Source: a virus
Lineage: Duplodnaviria; Caudoviricetes
Length of the DNA stretch: 63,305 nt
Virus record (IMG/VR): IMGVR_UViG_3300048592_001022
Location: 1-63,305 of that record
Reading direction: 5' to 3' (one strand)
The position numbers were made by a program, and so were the translations under genes. The notes beneath the pieces were generated by a model. That model saw only the letters and a list, made by a program, of their open reading frames with translations. It was not told the origin of the DNA and searched no databases. Below, one piece after another: positions 21,401 through 31,386 of this stretch. How positions within the stretch are numbered: the first letter of the stretch is position 1; each line of letters starts with the position of its first letter.

Positions 21401-21641
21401 GAGGCAATCGTAGCTACGAATTTTTCAATAGTGAAGCTTTCCGCTGTTTCTGGCCAGAAACAAGGTCAATGTCGGAATTTTCTTGCGGTTTAAAAATTGT
21501 TGTATATTATTCGCAAAATCAAACGAAAAAATGACGTGCGATCTAAAAAAACCAAAGCCTTCAAAGATACATCGAGAGCATGGGCTAGATTTTAATAGAC
21601 TCGCAGACAAGTCCAATCACTGCCCCACAGTTTAGTATGAC

Positions 21642-21998
21642 TCAGGCGGCTTTTACTTTGGTCCTGAGGGTTCTGATATGCGTGACTATCTGATTCGAAT
21701 ATTCAGCAAACTTACTTTTAGCTCCCAAAGAAATTTCATCAGTTACCTTTTCTCCTTTTTTTGCCCTACGAATGATGTCCGCAGCTTCTTTATGGAACGA
21801 GGCATGAGCAGCTTTAAGCATTCCATACTCGTTGTTTGCTGAGTATGATGCACCTTCTCCATGGATCCATTTTCCCAGTACACATTGATCGTCTTTGCAT
21901 ACCACATCGGGATCTAATGAGTTGTCTGGATTTCTGATGTAACTTGAGAGCTTCATTTTCCAGGCAGCGTGAGCATTGATCGCATCATCAAAATTCAT
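21642..21998 (-). CDS. CZB (chemoreceptor zinc-binding) domain protein
   Basis: H..WK, C.LGKW, H..FH motifs. Confidence 0.88.
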   Translation of the reverse strand: MNFDDAINAHAAWKMKLSSYIRNPDNSLDPDVVCKDDQCVLGKWIHGEGASYSANNEYGMLKAAHASFHKEAADIIRRAKKGEKVTDEISLGAKSKFAEYSNQIVTHIRTLRTKVKAA

Positions 21999-22353
21999 GT
22001 ATTTCCTCCAGATAGGCCTTTCTGTATCAGGCAGTCGGAAAAAAAAGCCTTCGCCTTGAATTGTTTTTGTAAACCTACAGTATCATTAATTTATTGTTCT
22101 GACAAAGGGTTGAGATTGTATCAGTGGCGATTCGAGCAGGGACTAACACTTGGCAATATTTCAGTTGGATGGACTGGCAAGTGAGATCGCCCGCGAAAGA
22201 AATCCGCACTGCTTCGTCATAAGCAGAAAAAACAAGCTATATATTCCTATTTTGCAAAAGTGAAATCTGGTATGTTCAATGAACAAATCTGCTGAAAATA
22301 GTTATTGCTGACTATTGATTGAAAAAAATTTCACATTTTTGGAGAAGATTTTT

Positions 22354-22773
22354 ATGACTAGTCACAAAATTCTATTCGTAGACGATGATATTCACATACT
22401 GGAAACCATTGGAGAACTACTGGCATCTTTTGGATTCGACACCATGAAAGTATGTAATGCTGAATCGGCCATTGAAATCTTGAAAGGTATAAAAGTCGAT
22501 GCTGTGCTGACAGACCTCATAATGCCAGGAATGAGCGGACTAAGTTTCGCAAATAGCGTCGCTGAAAGCCAACCCGGCATCCCGATTGTGATTTACACTG
22601 GGGCGGATATCGGCAATTTCCAAGTTTCCCTCTCAAACATACATTCTGTACTAAAAAAGCCGGTTTCTCCACCGATCCTCATCCAAACATTGCAAAGAGC
22701 GATCTCTGAATCGAGATCATCCAGCAATAAATACAAATTGGAGACATCAAAACCAATATCAGGCAAATCTTAA
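22354..22773 (+). CDS. Stand-alone response regulator receiver (CheY-like)
   Basis: ILFVDDD, TDLIMPGMSG, YTG, KPV motifs. Confidence 0.92.
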   Translation: MTSHKILFVDDDIHILETIGELLASFGFDTMKVCNAESAIEILKGIKVDAVLTDLIMPGMSGLSFANSVAESQPGIPIVIYTGADIGNFQVSLSNIHSVLKKPVSPPILIQTLQRAISESRSSSNKYKLETSKPISGKS

Positions 22774-22984
22774 CCGCGTTTTTGCCTCAGATATTATTTT
22801 TTTGACGTTCCTTAAAGACGTCATTCACCACACCTGTTTCAACCCGTAGAAATATTGATTTCAAGACATAGAGGACTCTCACTATGAAATCCAAGCTGAA
22901 CGATCGCTCTACAAATGGAACCGGCCCTTCGTTCACAACTGTCTGCGAGTACAAAAGAGCCAGCGAATGATTCGGTCTTCTTTC

Positions 22985-24490
22985 CTAATTTTCTCGACTT
23001 TTATCGCCAGGGTTTATATTGTTTGCGAAGAATGTTTCTTCCTCTTCATACTCCCTTTTGTGCTTGTCATAGTCCCGGCCCTGGCTCTCGATAATCGAGC
23101 GCCGGGTACGCAGGCCCGCTTCCACTTCCACCTGGTTCGCCTTGGCTTCTTTGAGCGGATCAATCGATTCCATTTCAGTTCCTGTCCATGATGTTTGAAG
23201 ATATGCCTGCCGCTTAAGGGGATCGTCGAAGAATCCCGGCGCTTCCAGCAGCCCGTCCCGAATCGCGTCGGTGATAACCCATTCCCACACCGGCTGGCAG
23301 AAACCACTGCTGAACCAAGCGCGCTTGATTTTGAAAGCCTTCCACGCTTCGAGCAAGGCACCACGAGCAGCCGAATAGGACGACTGAAATCTCTGCGCCA
23401 GTACTTCCGGTGGCAGCCCAACGCCTATGCCGATTTGATTGGCAATAGCTGTGAAGAAAGCCTCAAAATTGCTGTTTGGACGCCCGGGAGCAGGCGACGA
23501 TATCTTTTCCCCTGGCAGAAGTGGAACGAGCATTCCAGGCCCAAATTTGACCGTCTCACGCCTCTGTTCTGGGCGCATGCTTTCCGGCAGCGCCTGGTTC
23601 TGCCGTCCGATGATATCGCCGGTCTCAGATGTGATGAATGTGGCGTAGAATGCACTGATAACCGCGGCCATGATCTCGGCCTCAGTGTAGCGGCTGATCT
23701 GCTTGAATTTCGCCACCACGGGCGCAAGCAGCGGCTCACCTCTGGTCTGCCCGGGCAGCCTCTGAATGAACACATGCAGGACCGCCTGAACGCCTTCTTC
23801 ATCGAAACGGGGCGCCCGCACCGTATCTGTGCCCAGCAAAAAGCTGCTGTCAGCTTTCGCCAGATGATAAGCGACCGGCATCCCGGTACTGTCGAGTTCC
23901 ACCCCTTGGCGTATATCGGTGCTTAGATCTGTCATGATGGTTGGATCCATGAGCCGCGAGCCGTCCACCACCTGCAGGCTGGTCGGAAGGATTCCCAGCG
24001 GACGGTCACGATATCGCCGAACGACCACGCAGTCGCCATCCAGCAGCACCGAGCGGAAGACCTGCGCCTGTAGGGCCGCGAAAGAACATCTCCCATGAAA
24101 ATCCGCGTGATCGCGCTGCATGTGAAGCTCGAAAATTTTCTCAGCCCGTCGCTCGAAATCCCTGGCAGTCGCCTCCGGGATGCCGATCAGCTCGTGATCG
24201 ATCCGCGCCTGCGGACGTAATCCGTCCGCGACGACGTTTGTCACGAAGTTTTCGATGGCACCCCTGGCCAGACTCTCGTTGCGGTCGAGATCCCTCGATT
24301 GATCGCGCAGAGTTCCAAGCGATGATAGCAGCGCGTCATCGGCTGAAGTCGAAGACGGGAACCACTCCTGGGTCGCACGGTTCTCTGGAGAAGTCGATCG
24401 ATAGGGTGAGTCCACGCGCATCGTCCCTGTGAAAACAGCCTTAAACCTTGACCAGACCGACTGTTCCTTGAGATCAAGTTGGAATCGCAT
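22985..24490 (-). CDS. Portal protein (lambda family)
   Basis: LRDQSRDLDRN, QTRGEP, SYSAARG, IDPLKEAKA motifs. Confidence 0.95.
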   Translation of the reverse strand: MRFQLDLKEQSVWSRFKAVFTGTMRVDSPYRSTSPENRATQEWFPSSTSADDALLSSLGTLRDQSRDLDRNESLARGAIENFVTNVVADGLRPQARIDHELIGIPEATARDFERRAEKIFELHMQRDHADFHGRCSFAALQAQVFRSVLLDGDCVVVRRYRDRPLGILPTSLQVVDGSRLMDPTIMTDLSTDIRQGVELDSTGMPVAYHLAKADSSFLLGTDTVRAPRFDEEGVQAVLHVFIQRLPGQTRGEPLLAPVVAKFKQISRYTEAEIMAAVISAFYATFITSETGDIIGRQNQALPESMRPEQRRETVKFGPGMLVPLLPGEKISSPAPGRPNSNFEAFFTAIANQIGIGVGLPPEVLAQRFQSSYSAARGALLEAWKAFKIKRAWFSSGFCQPVWEWVITDAIRDGLLEAPGFFDDPLKRQAYLQTSWTGTEMESIDPLKEAKANQVEVEAGLRTRRSIIESQGRDYDKHKREYEEEETFFANNINPGDKSREN

Positions 24491-24683
24491 GAATTATCCC
24501 TCCCCCATTCTGGCGACGAATCGCAGTTTTCAGCTGATTTTCACGGCGATACAGCTCCCGCAGATCCGCCCGCGTCACGCGACGACGGTTCTGGTTCACC
24601 TCAATATCGACCTCCTGGCCGCCAGACTCGATTGCCATAATGGCCCGTTGTACTGATTCAAGCTGCTGCTCAAGCGTTGGCAC
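24474..24683 (-). CDS. Head completion protein (lambda gpW-like)
   Basis: GTG start after AGGAG; LESVQRAI..IESGGQEV...TRADLREL. Confidence 0.8.
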   Translation of the reverse strand: MPTLEQQLESVQRAIMAIESGGQEVDIEVNQNRRRVTRADLRELYRRENQLKTAIRRQNGGGIIHAIPT

Positions 24684-26556
24684 GTCTCGACTCCTTTTCC
24701 AAATAGTCTGCAAGTTGATCGATGTCTGTTCCGAGCCAGTAGAATGCGGCAAGCGCGTAGCGGTAGCAGTCGAACGCGTGATCGGGCGTACCCTGCGTGG
24801 TCTCGTAGACTGTCCTCCACTCCCCGTTGACGGCCTTGTGACGAGCCTTCGGCGCGATGAGCTGATAGAAGAAATGCCGGGTTTCCTTGTCATCCCAAAG
24901 CCATTTGGGAAAGTGACAGAACCCAGGCCCATACGGGGATTCCACCTTTCCATCCTCGAACTGTTTCACGAGAGCCACACTCTGAGCGAGCCCCGAGAAT
25001 GTCCGGGACTTGGTGGTGTTGGAGCCGACCGGGAACACCTTCACGCCAAATTCGTTATTGAGAGTCTGGCGCCCGATGACCGGCGTGGCATCGCCAGGCA
25101 TGCCCTTGATACAGATGAAATTCCGATGAAAGAGCGGGCCGACGTAGTCATGGACGGCCTGCGTGTTATGCCCGCCAGTGTCAAATGCAGCTGCTACGAC
25201 TTCAAGCTCAAAGCCCAGCGGATGATGCCAGCGTCGATTGAGACGTTGCATGACGCGGTCCCAGGTCGATCGCTGGTTCGCGTCACCACTGACAACTCCA
25301 TAGTCGAGTACCCAGTTTTCCTGGCCGCGGCCCCACCCACGAATGACAAAGTCGATGTGGGCAGGGTGGACATCGATGCCAGCAGTAATCAGGAAAATGC
25401 CAGGATTCAGAGCGTCTGCGGGGGAATCATCCAGAAGCTTTTCGACCCCCTTGATGTCGATCGTATCAGCAGGATCCTCCCAGGCTTCGGCCAGGACGTT
25501 GTTCATGAAAGCCTTTTTCTTCTGAATATCCTTCTGTGACTCTTCCCACTGGTTCCAGGCATCGTCCCAGGAAAAGAACTGCGGCGCCGCGTACAGCGCG
25601 CTCAGAATATAGCCTTTGACACGTCCGCCCGATTTATCCTCTGCGGTCGCAATCCACTTCCCGTTGCGAATCAGCCATACCTTGTCCACGTTTCGGTGCG
25701 AGTGCCCACAGCAAGGCGCGTGCCATTCACATTCACCGCTCTCAGTTTCTTTGGGGCCACGCATATGCTCCCACTCAATGAGTACGAATTCCCCGCAGCC
25801 TCTGCAGGGGACGTGATACTTCAGCTGCTGGGTATCTTCGACGTCCCGCGTAATGGGGCAGACACCCTTGATTGTGGGCGTGCTCAGGCGCAGAATTTTT
25901 CGGTTTTTCTGAAAGGTGCTGGTACATCCGAGAGCGATGGCCGAGGGATCGCCCTCGCCCTGGCAATCGGTGTCATATGCGGACTGCTCATCCAGCACCA
26001 GCCGGCGAACGGACTGCGAACGCAGCTCGGAGCTGGACTTCGCGGAGGCGATATTGATAAACCCTCCGGGAAAAGTCTTGATGTCCAGAGTGTCCTTTTC
26101 CTTCTGCCTGGCTTCTCCGATCTTGCCGAGCAAATCCTTGCAGCGCCGCAGGATTGGGGCTAGCTTCTGCTTACTGAACTTTTGCTTCGAGTCACGCGTT
26201 GGGAAAACGACCATGGCTGGCCCAGGCGATACCGCAGCACCCCATAGCATCCAGGCCGTTGAAAGCACAGTTAGACCCAGCTGTCGGCCTTTCCGAATGC
26301 GGACTTCCTCGACTCCGCTGTCGTCCTCGAGGTCGCGCAGGATATCGACCATGTACCACGTATCTTCAAAACTGATGGGACCCGGACGCGGTGTATCCTC
26401 GGGCAAAATGAGATTTTTTTCGCAGTATTCCTTGATTCCGACTCGCGGCGTTGGTTTGAGCCCTGCCTGCAGGAAAGGCATAATTCTACCAAGCGCCTTG
26501 TCGAGCGGGATTTTTTTATGCTTCAGCATCGTCCACTCCAGGCAAATCATCGGCAA
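24670..26556 (-). CDS. Terminase large subunit (lambda GpA family)
   Basis: LVLDE Walker B, STPT, CxxC...CCGH, GIDV, DHAFDC motifs. Confidence 0.95.
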   Translation of the reverse strand: MPMICLEWTMLKHKKIPLDKALGRIMPFLQAGLKPTPRVGIKEYCEKNLILPEDTPRPGPISFEDTWYMVDILRDLEDDSGVEEVRIRKGRQLGLTVLSTAWMLWGAAVSPGPAMVVFPTRDSKQKFSKQKLAPILRRCKDLLGKIGEARQKEKDTLDIKTFPGGFINIASAKSSSELRSQSVRRLVLDEQSAYDTDCQGEGDPSAIALGCTSTFQKNRKILRLSTPTIKGVCPITRDVEDTQQLKYHVPCRGCGEFVLIEWEHMRGPKETESGECEWHAPCCGHSHRNVDKVWLIRNGKWIATAEDKSGGRVKGYILSALYAAPQFFSWDDAWNQWEESQKDIQKKKAFMNNVLAEAWEDPADTIDIKGVEKLLDDSPADALNPGIFLITAGIDVHPAHIDFVIRGWGRGQENWVLDYGVVSGDANQRSTWDRVMQRLNRRWHHPLGFELEVVAAAFDTGGHNTQAVHDYVGPLFHRNFICIKGMPGDATPVIGRQTLNNEFGVKVFPVGSNTTKSRTFSGLAQSVALVKQFEDGKVESPYGPGFCHFPKWLWDDKETRHFFYQLIAPKARHKAVNGEWRTVYETTQGTPDHAFDCYRYALAAFYWLGTDIDQLADYLEKESRRANA

Positions 26557-27103
26557 TCAGCTGCACAGCGTCCGACAGATTCTCTTTGATCCCGCTTATG
26601 TCCATTTCCGAAAGCGTCAACAGCAGCTGGGTATGCTGCTCCTGGAGGAGCTTAATGATGGCAGTGACATCGGCCTCGTCGAGACCGAAAGAGAGGAAAG
26701 TGAAGCGCATTTTCTCGGGGAGTTCCATGAGCCGATCGCGGAAAATTCGGGCAGCCATGAAAACTTCACTCTGCGCGAGCCCAATATCGACAACCTTTCC
26801 CGCACCCCGCAGTGCAGCCAGCTGTTCGTTGATCGCCTGGTAGTATTCAAAGGTCTGGCGACTTTCCGCGACCGATGGAAACGCACTCACGCCGATGGGA
26901 TTGGCTGCTCCCGTGCGAACTTGTGAGTTGTCACGCCCGTTTTCCCATTCAAGGATTGCGCCATGAATTTCAAACAATCTGTGTTTCGGATTTTTTCGGA
27001 CAACGGACTTGGAAAGCCGTCCGGAAGTAACGGCCTGACTGATTGCAGACCGTGTAACGCCGAGTATTTCGGCGAGTTCGGAGACAGTCGCGGTTTTTTT
27101 CAC
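26516..27103 (-). CDS. Terminase small subunit
   Basis: N-terminal wHTH (ELAEILGVTRSAIS) plus coiled coil; precedes terL. Confidence 0.8.
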   Translation of the reverse strand: MKKTATVSELAEILGVTRSAISQAVTSGRLSKSVVRKNPKHRLFEIHGAILEWENGRDNSQVRTGAANPIGVSAFPSVAESRQTFEYYQAINEQLAALRGAGKVVDIGLAQSEVFMAARIFRDRLMELPEKMRFTFLSFGLDEADVTAIIKLLQEQHTQLLLTLSEMDISGIKENLSDAVQLIADDLPGVDDAEA

Positions 27104-27611
27104 AATCGACCCTACGGTTGAACGATGACTGATTGCGGGGTTAATCGTGTCATTCGCTCAGGCTGTAGAAGTCCAGGGGTGCCAGTTAAGGCCAAATTCG
27201 CGCTATTCGCGTCGTTGGTGGCAATTCGTCAAGTTAGGTTAGGCCATACGCCATTATTGCAAAAAAGAGGGCGGTTGATCGTCAACCATCGGCCCCATGC
27301 GGCTTTGAAGGACCCAAAACGCTACACATCTTGCTGTATAAGGCTTTTCAGTCTTACGGTCCCTAAAACGCTTAAGAGCCAAAGGATTCAACTAACACAC
27401 TCCACACAAAAACGAACAAGCAAGCTTTAAGCGGCAACATGCCTGCTAACGCTTACACTATCAACGACTGCACGCTTTCGCCTTACTTCGTTAAAACAAA
27501 CTAAAGCCGCCAAAACATCGCTTTATGCGACTCGCAGCGGTGCGATTAATATTAGAGCATCGAACTTTTGATCTGGCAAGAGCTTGCTTACAGCATCCCC
27601 TCAGCACCACC

Positions 27612-27637
27612 ATCACGCTGTATATATACAGCGTGAT
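27612..27637. repeat. Perfect 26-bp palindrome ATCACGCTGTATATATACAGCGTGAT
   Basis: Read directly from the sequence. Confidence 0.95.
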
Positions 27638-27658
27638 TTGCGGCTTATTAGCCCGTAG

Positions 27659-27684
27659 GCAAAGCAGTATATATACTGCTTTGC
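27659..27684. repeat. Perfect 26-bp palindrome GCAAAGCAGTATATATACTGCTTTGC
   Basis: Read directly; shares the GTATATATAC core with its neighbour. Confidence 0.95.
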
Positions 27685-27699
27685 AACCACCTACCGACC

Positions 27700-27924
27700 C
27701 TACCTTGGCTCATCCCAGTATTCGATGACGTTCGACATGCCGTAGGCTGGCGGCCATGACCTGACAAGACCCTTGTCTTTCGGAAGATAATCGCGTGCCT
27801 CATCAGCTGTCGCGAATGTCTTCGTGCCAGTCTCCATCCATCCTTGCTCGGGGTCTCTCTCGGTCACACGACTCAGCTGAAAGGTCCCATCCCTGTTCAT
27901 TTCAAGTCTGTATGAGTGCCTCAT
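27700..27924 (-). CDS. Hypothetical protein
   Basis: 74 aa, ATGA-coupled last gene of operon. Confidence 0.6.
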   Translation of the reverse strand: MRHSYRLEMNRDGTFQLSRVTERDPEQGWMETGTKTFATADEARDYLPKDKGLVRSWPPAYGMSNVIEYWDEPR

Positions 27925-28133
27925 TGATATCCCGAAAGCTCCAGCTGCATAAGCTTTTTGTGCTCAAGATCCGATATAACGCTTTTGAGTCTTGAACGCT
28001 CAAACTCGATTCTTTCCAGCTCAAGTTCACAGCGGACTATTTCTCCATCAATCGCTGAAATGCTTGATGCTTCCAAAGTCACATGCACAAGCTCAACCAT
28101 GACGTCCCTTCCTATTCGCTTTTGTCGTTCCAA
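27921..28133 (-). CDS. Hypothetical coiled-coil protein
   Basis: Coupled small ORF in the operon. Confidence 0.5.
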   Translation of the reverse strand: MERQKRIGRDVMVELVHVTLEASSISAIDGEIVRCELELERIEFERSRLKSVISDLEHKKLMQLELSGYQ

Positions 28134-28531
28134 TGCTCGGTCAGAAACTCGGCGATCTCCAGCGGAACTGGCTTGAATTGGACGCCTGTATTCATGTTTG
28201 GTCTGGCAAGCTGGGCATATCGAGGCATCGTCTCATTGCTGGATACCTGACCCAAGTACGATCGGCTATCGTACCGCTCTGTAACCAAAATGCGATCAGA
28301 TGCGGCGAATCTTGAGCAAACAGCATCGAGAACCTGCTCGGCTGCATTTGTTATCGACATCCCTGGGTTATCAGATCTCTCAGTTACCACGCACATTATT
28401 TCGCTGGCGTTCCTCGAAATTGGCTTGGTCCGATAGCAAAGATCTGCAAGCGAACGTGTACCGTTCGAGTTGATCCATGTAATCTGAGTTTTCTTAAGAT
28501 CGCTGTACTCAGCAATCACGCTTTGTTTCAC
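28112..28531 (-). CDS. Hypothetical protein
   Basis: 139 aa; TERSDNPGMSITNAAE segment; overlapping operon. Confidence 0.65.
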   Translation of the reverse strand: MKQSVIAEYSDLKKTQITWINSNGTRSLADLCYRTKPISRNASEIMCVVTERSDNPGMSITNAAEQVLDAVCSRFAASDRILVTERYDSRSYLGQVSSNETMPRYAQLARPNMNTGVQFKPVPLEIAEFLTEHWNDKSE

Positions 28532-29105
28532 GCTCTACCTCCTGGCGATAAAGCCTCTCAAAACACCGTAACGCGGCAAGCTGCCAATACGTCTGCATCG
28601 TGAAGTCGTCAAGACTTGGTGGATCATCCACCCAATAATCTCTGGTCGACTCCAGAAGACTGTCATACTCGGCTTCCGAGAGTCTGTCAGCGTCGGACAC
28701 CAGAAGCTCCTTCTTGGCATCTGTCAGAAGACGCACCATGCTGGGCCTGGATTTCAGACCATACTTGGGCCTTTCCTTCTCTGACTTGATCGATTCTTCC
28801 AGCCACTTGCAAGCTTCACGTCGGGATCGCTCCTTGACCTCAAACTGCTGAGGCACGGACTGCATGAGGTAGCCCAGCGAGTCGATACTCTCAAGAAGCC
28901 ATTTTAGATTTCTGTGATAGAACATCAGACAGCCAACATCACCTGATAGAGTCACAACACCTGGGGCGTAGGAAACCTGGAACCAATAAAACGATTCGTC
29001 CGGGTGCCGGACTTTGAAATATCCAGTGAGCGTGCCACGCTCGCTTTCCACGATTTTATGCTTCGATAGCCTCTCGTCCATGTGCGGATATGGGAACTCA
29101 GCCAC
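28509..29105 (-). CDS. Hypothetical phage protein
   Basis: 198 aa; PGVVTLSGDVG segment; RBS upstream. Confidence 0.7.
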   Translation of the reverse strand: MAEFPYPHMDERLSKHKIVESERGTLTGYFKVRHPDESFYWFQVSYAPGVVTLSGDVGCLMFYHRNLKWLLESIDSLGYLMQSVPQQFEVKERSRREACKWLEESIKSEKERPKYGLKSRPSMVRLLTDAKKELLVSDADRLSEAEYDSLLESTRDYWVDDPPSLDDFTMQTYWQLAALRCFERLYRQEVERETKRDC

Positions 29106-29117
29106 TTAAAAATCCTT

Positions 29118-29411
29118 TCATTCTTCAAAGTAAATCATCCCTGCATTCCACCAACGCCCCACTGTGTTCAGCTCTTTTGTGGGATAGAAACTCTCATAGT
29201 TGCGACCAACTTTTCGCCTTTCTGGCTCAATCAGGCGATTGAGAGCCTTGCTAACAGCCACTTTGCTCAGGCCCGTTTTCTCGGCAATTTCAGTCAGGGA
29301 CCAGCCACCTTGCTTGTATGCGTAGCTTTCCAGATCCCCAACCCATTCCCCGTAGGGACGACCACCGCTGCCCTCTCTGGGCCGATCTTTCGACAATCTT
29401 CCAATCAGCAT
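29118..29411 (-). CDS. HTH DNA-binding protein
   Basis: SLTEIAEKTGLSKVAVSKALNRL. Confidence 0.65.
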   Translation of the reverse strand: MLIGRLSKDRPREGSGGRPYGEWVGDLESYAYKQGGWSLTEIAEKTGLSKVAVSKALNRLIEPERRKVGRNYESFYPTKELNTVGRWWNAGMIYFEE

Positions 29412-29530
29412 CTTGACCTCAACAATCCCTTAAGATAGGCTTTCCCCACATTTTGTTATGTGGGGCCGCTTTATGAGCGGCCTTTTTTATTTCTCACGCC
29501 TCGAAAATATCGTCACTTCAATCTTAATCA

Positions 29531-29647
29531 CTTTACAAAGTTAACGCGTTAACTTAGAAATGTATTTGTGTTCAGGAAATACCTGGACGGGCATGTGAGT
29601 AGCAAGCCTCACGCGGACCCTGATGGGCGGGGGAATCCGTTCTTTTT
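29531..29647 (+). repeat. 117-bp inverted repeat, left copy (pairs with 31559-31675; 2 mismatches)
   Basis: Direct comparison with the reverse complement of 31559-31675. Confidence 0.95.
29532..29560 (+). promoter_or_regulatory. Sigma70-like promoter with palindromic operator in the spacer (site 1)
   Basis: TTTACA-17 nt-TAGAAA with AAGTTAACGCGTTAACTT at 29538-29555. Confidence 0.75.
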
Positions 29648-29648
29648 T
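29567..29648 (+). ncRNA. Putative small structured RNA A (copy 1)
   Basis: Upstream promoter; hairpins GUUCAGG/CCUGGAC and GUGAG/CUCAC; terminal stem plus U-run; duplicated near-identically. Confidence 0.55.
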
Positions 29649-29649
29649 A

Positions 29650-29783
29650 TGCCCTGCTCTTGGACTCCCACGGTTTGCCCTGAAATTTGAGACTTCAGCC
29701 CGTTTGGCCTTCACTCAGATTGTGACTTGCCGCTTCGATGCGACATATGTACTCAAAATTTCCGGCTTTTCCCTCCCTTCCTA
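29650..29783 (-). ncRNA. Putative structured RNA B (copy 1)
   Basis: Downstream of promoter 2; shares UCUGAGU.AAG.CC..GG.UGAA..CUCAAA..AGGG.AAACCGUGG with 31422-31553, with covarying stems. Confidence 0.5.
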
Positions 29784-29789
29784 AGAATA

Positions 29790-29818
29790 GTTCTAAATTA
29801 ACGCGTTAACTTTGTAAA
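29790..29818 (-). promoter_or_regulatory. Promoter/operator site 2
   Basis: TTTACA-17 nt-TAGAAC on minus strand; palindrome at 29795-29812 (1 mismatch). Confidence 0.7.
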
Positions 29819-29845
29819 GGGGAATTGCTTCCCCTTCCCTTTATT

Positions 29846-30103
29846 TTAGTTGATGGTTTTCCGTGCTTCTCTGACCACTACCTCGCGCAAGCGAGACCGG
29901 AGATGGTCCCGCAGGTCAACCACGTCCATGAATGGCTCTTCGCATTCATCCAGGGAATCGTCGGTTATGATGTCTTGCCGCTCCAAACATATCTGCAGAA
30001 CTTCACGCACGGACAGCCTGCTACAAATCGAATTGCAAACTTCCCACCGTTTGGACATAGGCACGCGCTTGCAATAGCTAAGCAGAGTTTCATAGGTCAG
30101 CAT
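29846..30103 (-). CDS. Hypothetical protein (start at MLTYETLL)
   Basis: GGAGG upstream; end of the ArdA operon. Confidence 0.55.
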   Translation of the reverse strand: MLTYETLLSYCKRVPMSKRWEVCNSICSRLSVREVLQICLERQDIITDDSLDECEEPFMDVVDLRDHLRSRLREVVVREARKTIN

Positions 30104-30515
30104 AGGCGTGCTCCTCCATTTTAACGAAACCCTGAGCAGCAATGTTCTGCAGCCAAGTTGTAAGGAAAGCATTCTGCTCTTTCTGCCTGCGTGGCCAGAA
30201 GCTTTTGCGGTCTTCTGTGTATACCGGAATCGCGTGCATGCCTGCGTGCTGAATGGAAAGCGCTTCAATCGTCCCGTCTTTTACTTCCAAAATCATTTCC
30301 GGGTCTACCATCAGATCCCCGTTGCAACTGTACCAATGAGCCATTGCAACAAGAATTCGACCGTTTCCTCGTTCGATGGCTTCGACGCTCAAAGGCATAT
30401 AGCCAGAAGATTCCAGACGCGTGTATGACTTGATCTGTTCATAATTCCGAATACCAAGAATATTGGCAAATCGTTTGAAATTTCTCTCGTATACTGTCGT
30501 CATGATTGACCTCAT
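30090..30515 (-). CDS. DUF6908/DUF1249-like protein
   Basis: GYMPLSVE...AHWY..NGDLM.DPEM...N.FL..WL.NI..QGF. Confidence 0.75.
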   Translation of the reverse strand: MRSIMTTVYERNFKRFANILGIRNYEQIKSYTRLESSGYMPLSVEAIERGNGRILVAMAHWYSCNGDLMVDPEMILEVKDGTIEALSIQHAGMHAIPVYTEDRKSFWPRRQKEQNAFLTTWLQNIAAQGFVKMEEHAYADL

Positions 30516-31003
30516 GGGTAGTAGAAAACACCATCATCTGTTTCAAGATATCCAAGACTTTTCAGGTAGAATCCATAGGCGTCGGCATCAATGTAATCAG
30601 CCAAGTACGCGTTAAACTCTCCCATAACCCCGCTCGCAAGGTAAAGAATCGCCACTTCCGTGAGACCCATTCCCTCGTAGTAGACCACGCTATCAAACAG
30701 TTCCAGAGCCGAGGATAGCGTGCATTTTTTGTGCTGTATCAGGTAGAAAAGTCTTGCTGTATCAAAGTCCGAGAAGCCCTTCAGAATGCGGACCTGTTCA
30801 TTCAAAGTGAAAATATCGCAATCTTCGTGGACCAGTCCCGTATCGTCATCGTCCCACATGCTTAGCACAACTTCGCCCGTGCTTTTGGCTCGAATCTCTT
30901 TCATTGCTCGGGCCAACTCTGTGCTGGTTGTGGGCAAAACAATCCATCTATCGAGCATAAAGCCAAGGTTTGCGGCTTCCCGGTTTGCTATACAGACCCG
31001 CAT
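30512..31003 (-). CDS. ardA: ArdA-like antirestriction protein
   Basis: MRV.IAN...W..LP N-terminus; acidic; LADYIDADAYG...ETDDG C-terminus. Confidence 0.75.
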   Translation of the reverse strand: MRVCIANREAANLGFMLDRWIVLPTTSTELARAMKEIRAKSTGEVVLSMWDDDDTGLVHEDCDIFTLNEQVRILKGFSDFDTARLFYLIQHKKCTLSSALELFDSVVYYEGMGLTEVAILYLASGVMGEFNAYLADYIDADAYGFYLKSLGYLETDDGVFYYP

Positions 31004-31014
31004 AATTCCTCCGT

Positions 31015-31260
31015 TTAGTGCAAAGCTACAGCGAAGAGATCGCCGTCCTGCTCAAGACGCCATCTGACACCATTCTTGTCAATATACACTGCGTGCTGCA
31101 TCACTTCGTCCCAGGCTTCCCAATAGTCGGGCGTATCTGCATCTCGAAGCGCCAAGTAATCATTCGTATCAAGGCCCCAGCTGGGCAGGTCGAAAATATC
31201 AAAGAATGTTGCTGGTAAGTTGGTACCCCAGAATCCATCAATCAAAAGTACGCGGTCCAT
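31015..31260 (-). CDS. Small acidic hypothetical phage protein
   Basis: YWEAWDEV...LEQDGDLF; first gene after promoter 3. Confidence 0.7.
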   Translation of the reverse strand: MDRVLLIDGFWGTNLPATFFDIFDLPSWGLDTNDYLALRDADTPDYWEAWDEVMQHAVYIDKNGVRWRLEQDGDLFAVALH

Positions 31261-31311
31261 AAAAAAACTCCATTTTGTTAGTGGGTAGGGCTTGCTTGCC
31301 CGACATCAACA

Positions 31312-31340
31312 TTTATAAGTTAACGCGTTAACTTTGTAAA
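31312..31340 (-). promoter_or_regulatory. Promoter/operator site 3 (ArdA operon)
   Basis: TTTACA-17 nt-TATAAA; perfect palindrome at 31317-31334. Confidence 0.75.
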
Positions 31341-31386
31341 TTGGTTTAAACCTGTTTTTGTTGAGATAATGTTAACTAATTTAATC

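Noticed and set aside
27618-27631. CTGTATATATACAG as an E. coli-type LexA box
   Set aside because: Spacing is CTG-N8-CAG rather than N10, and the twin palindrome has CAG/CTG reversed
29655-29685. CAGGGCAAACC resembling the c-di-GMP-I riboswitch
   Set aside because: Lacks the GNRA-capped stem and downstream GACGCAAAG; the second copy differs
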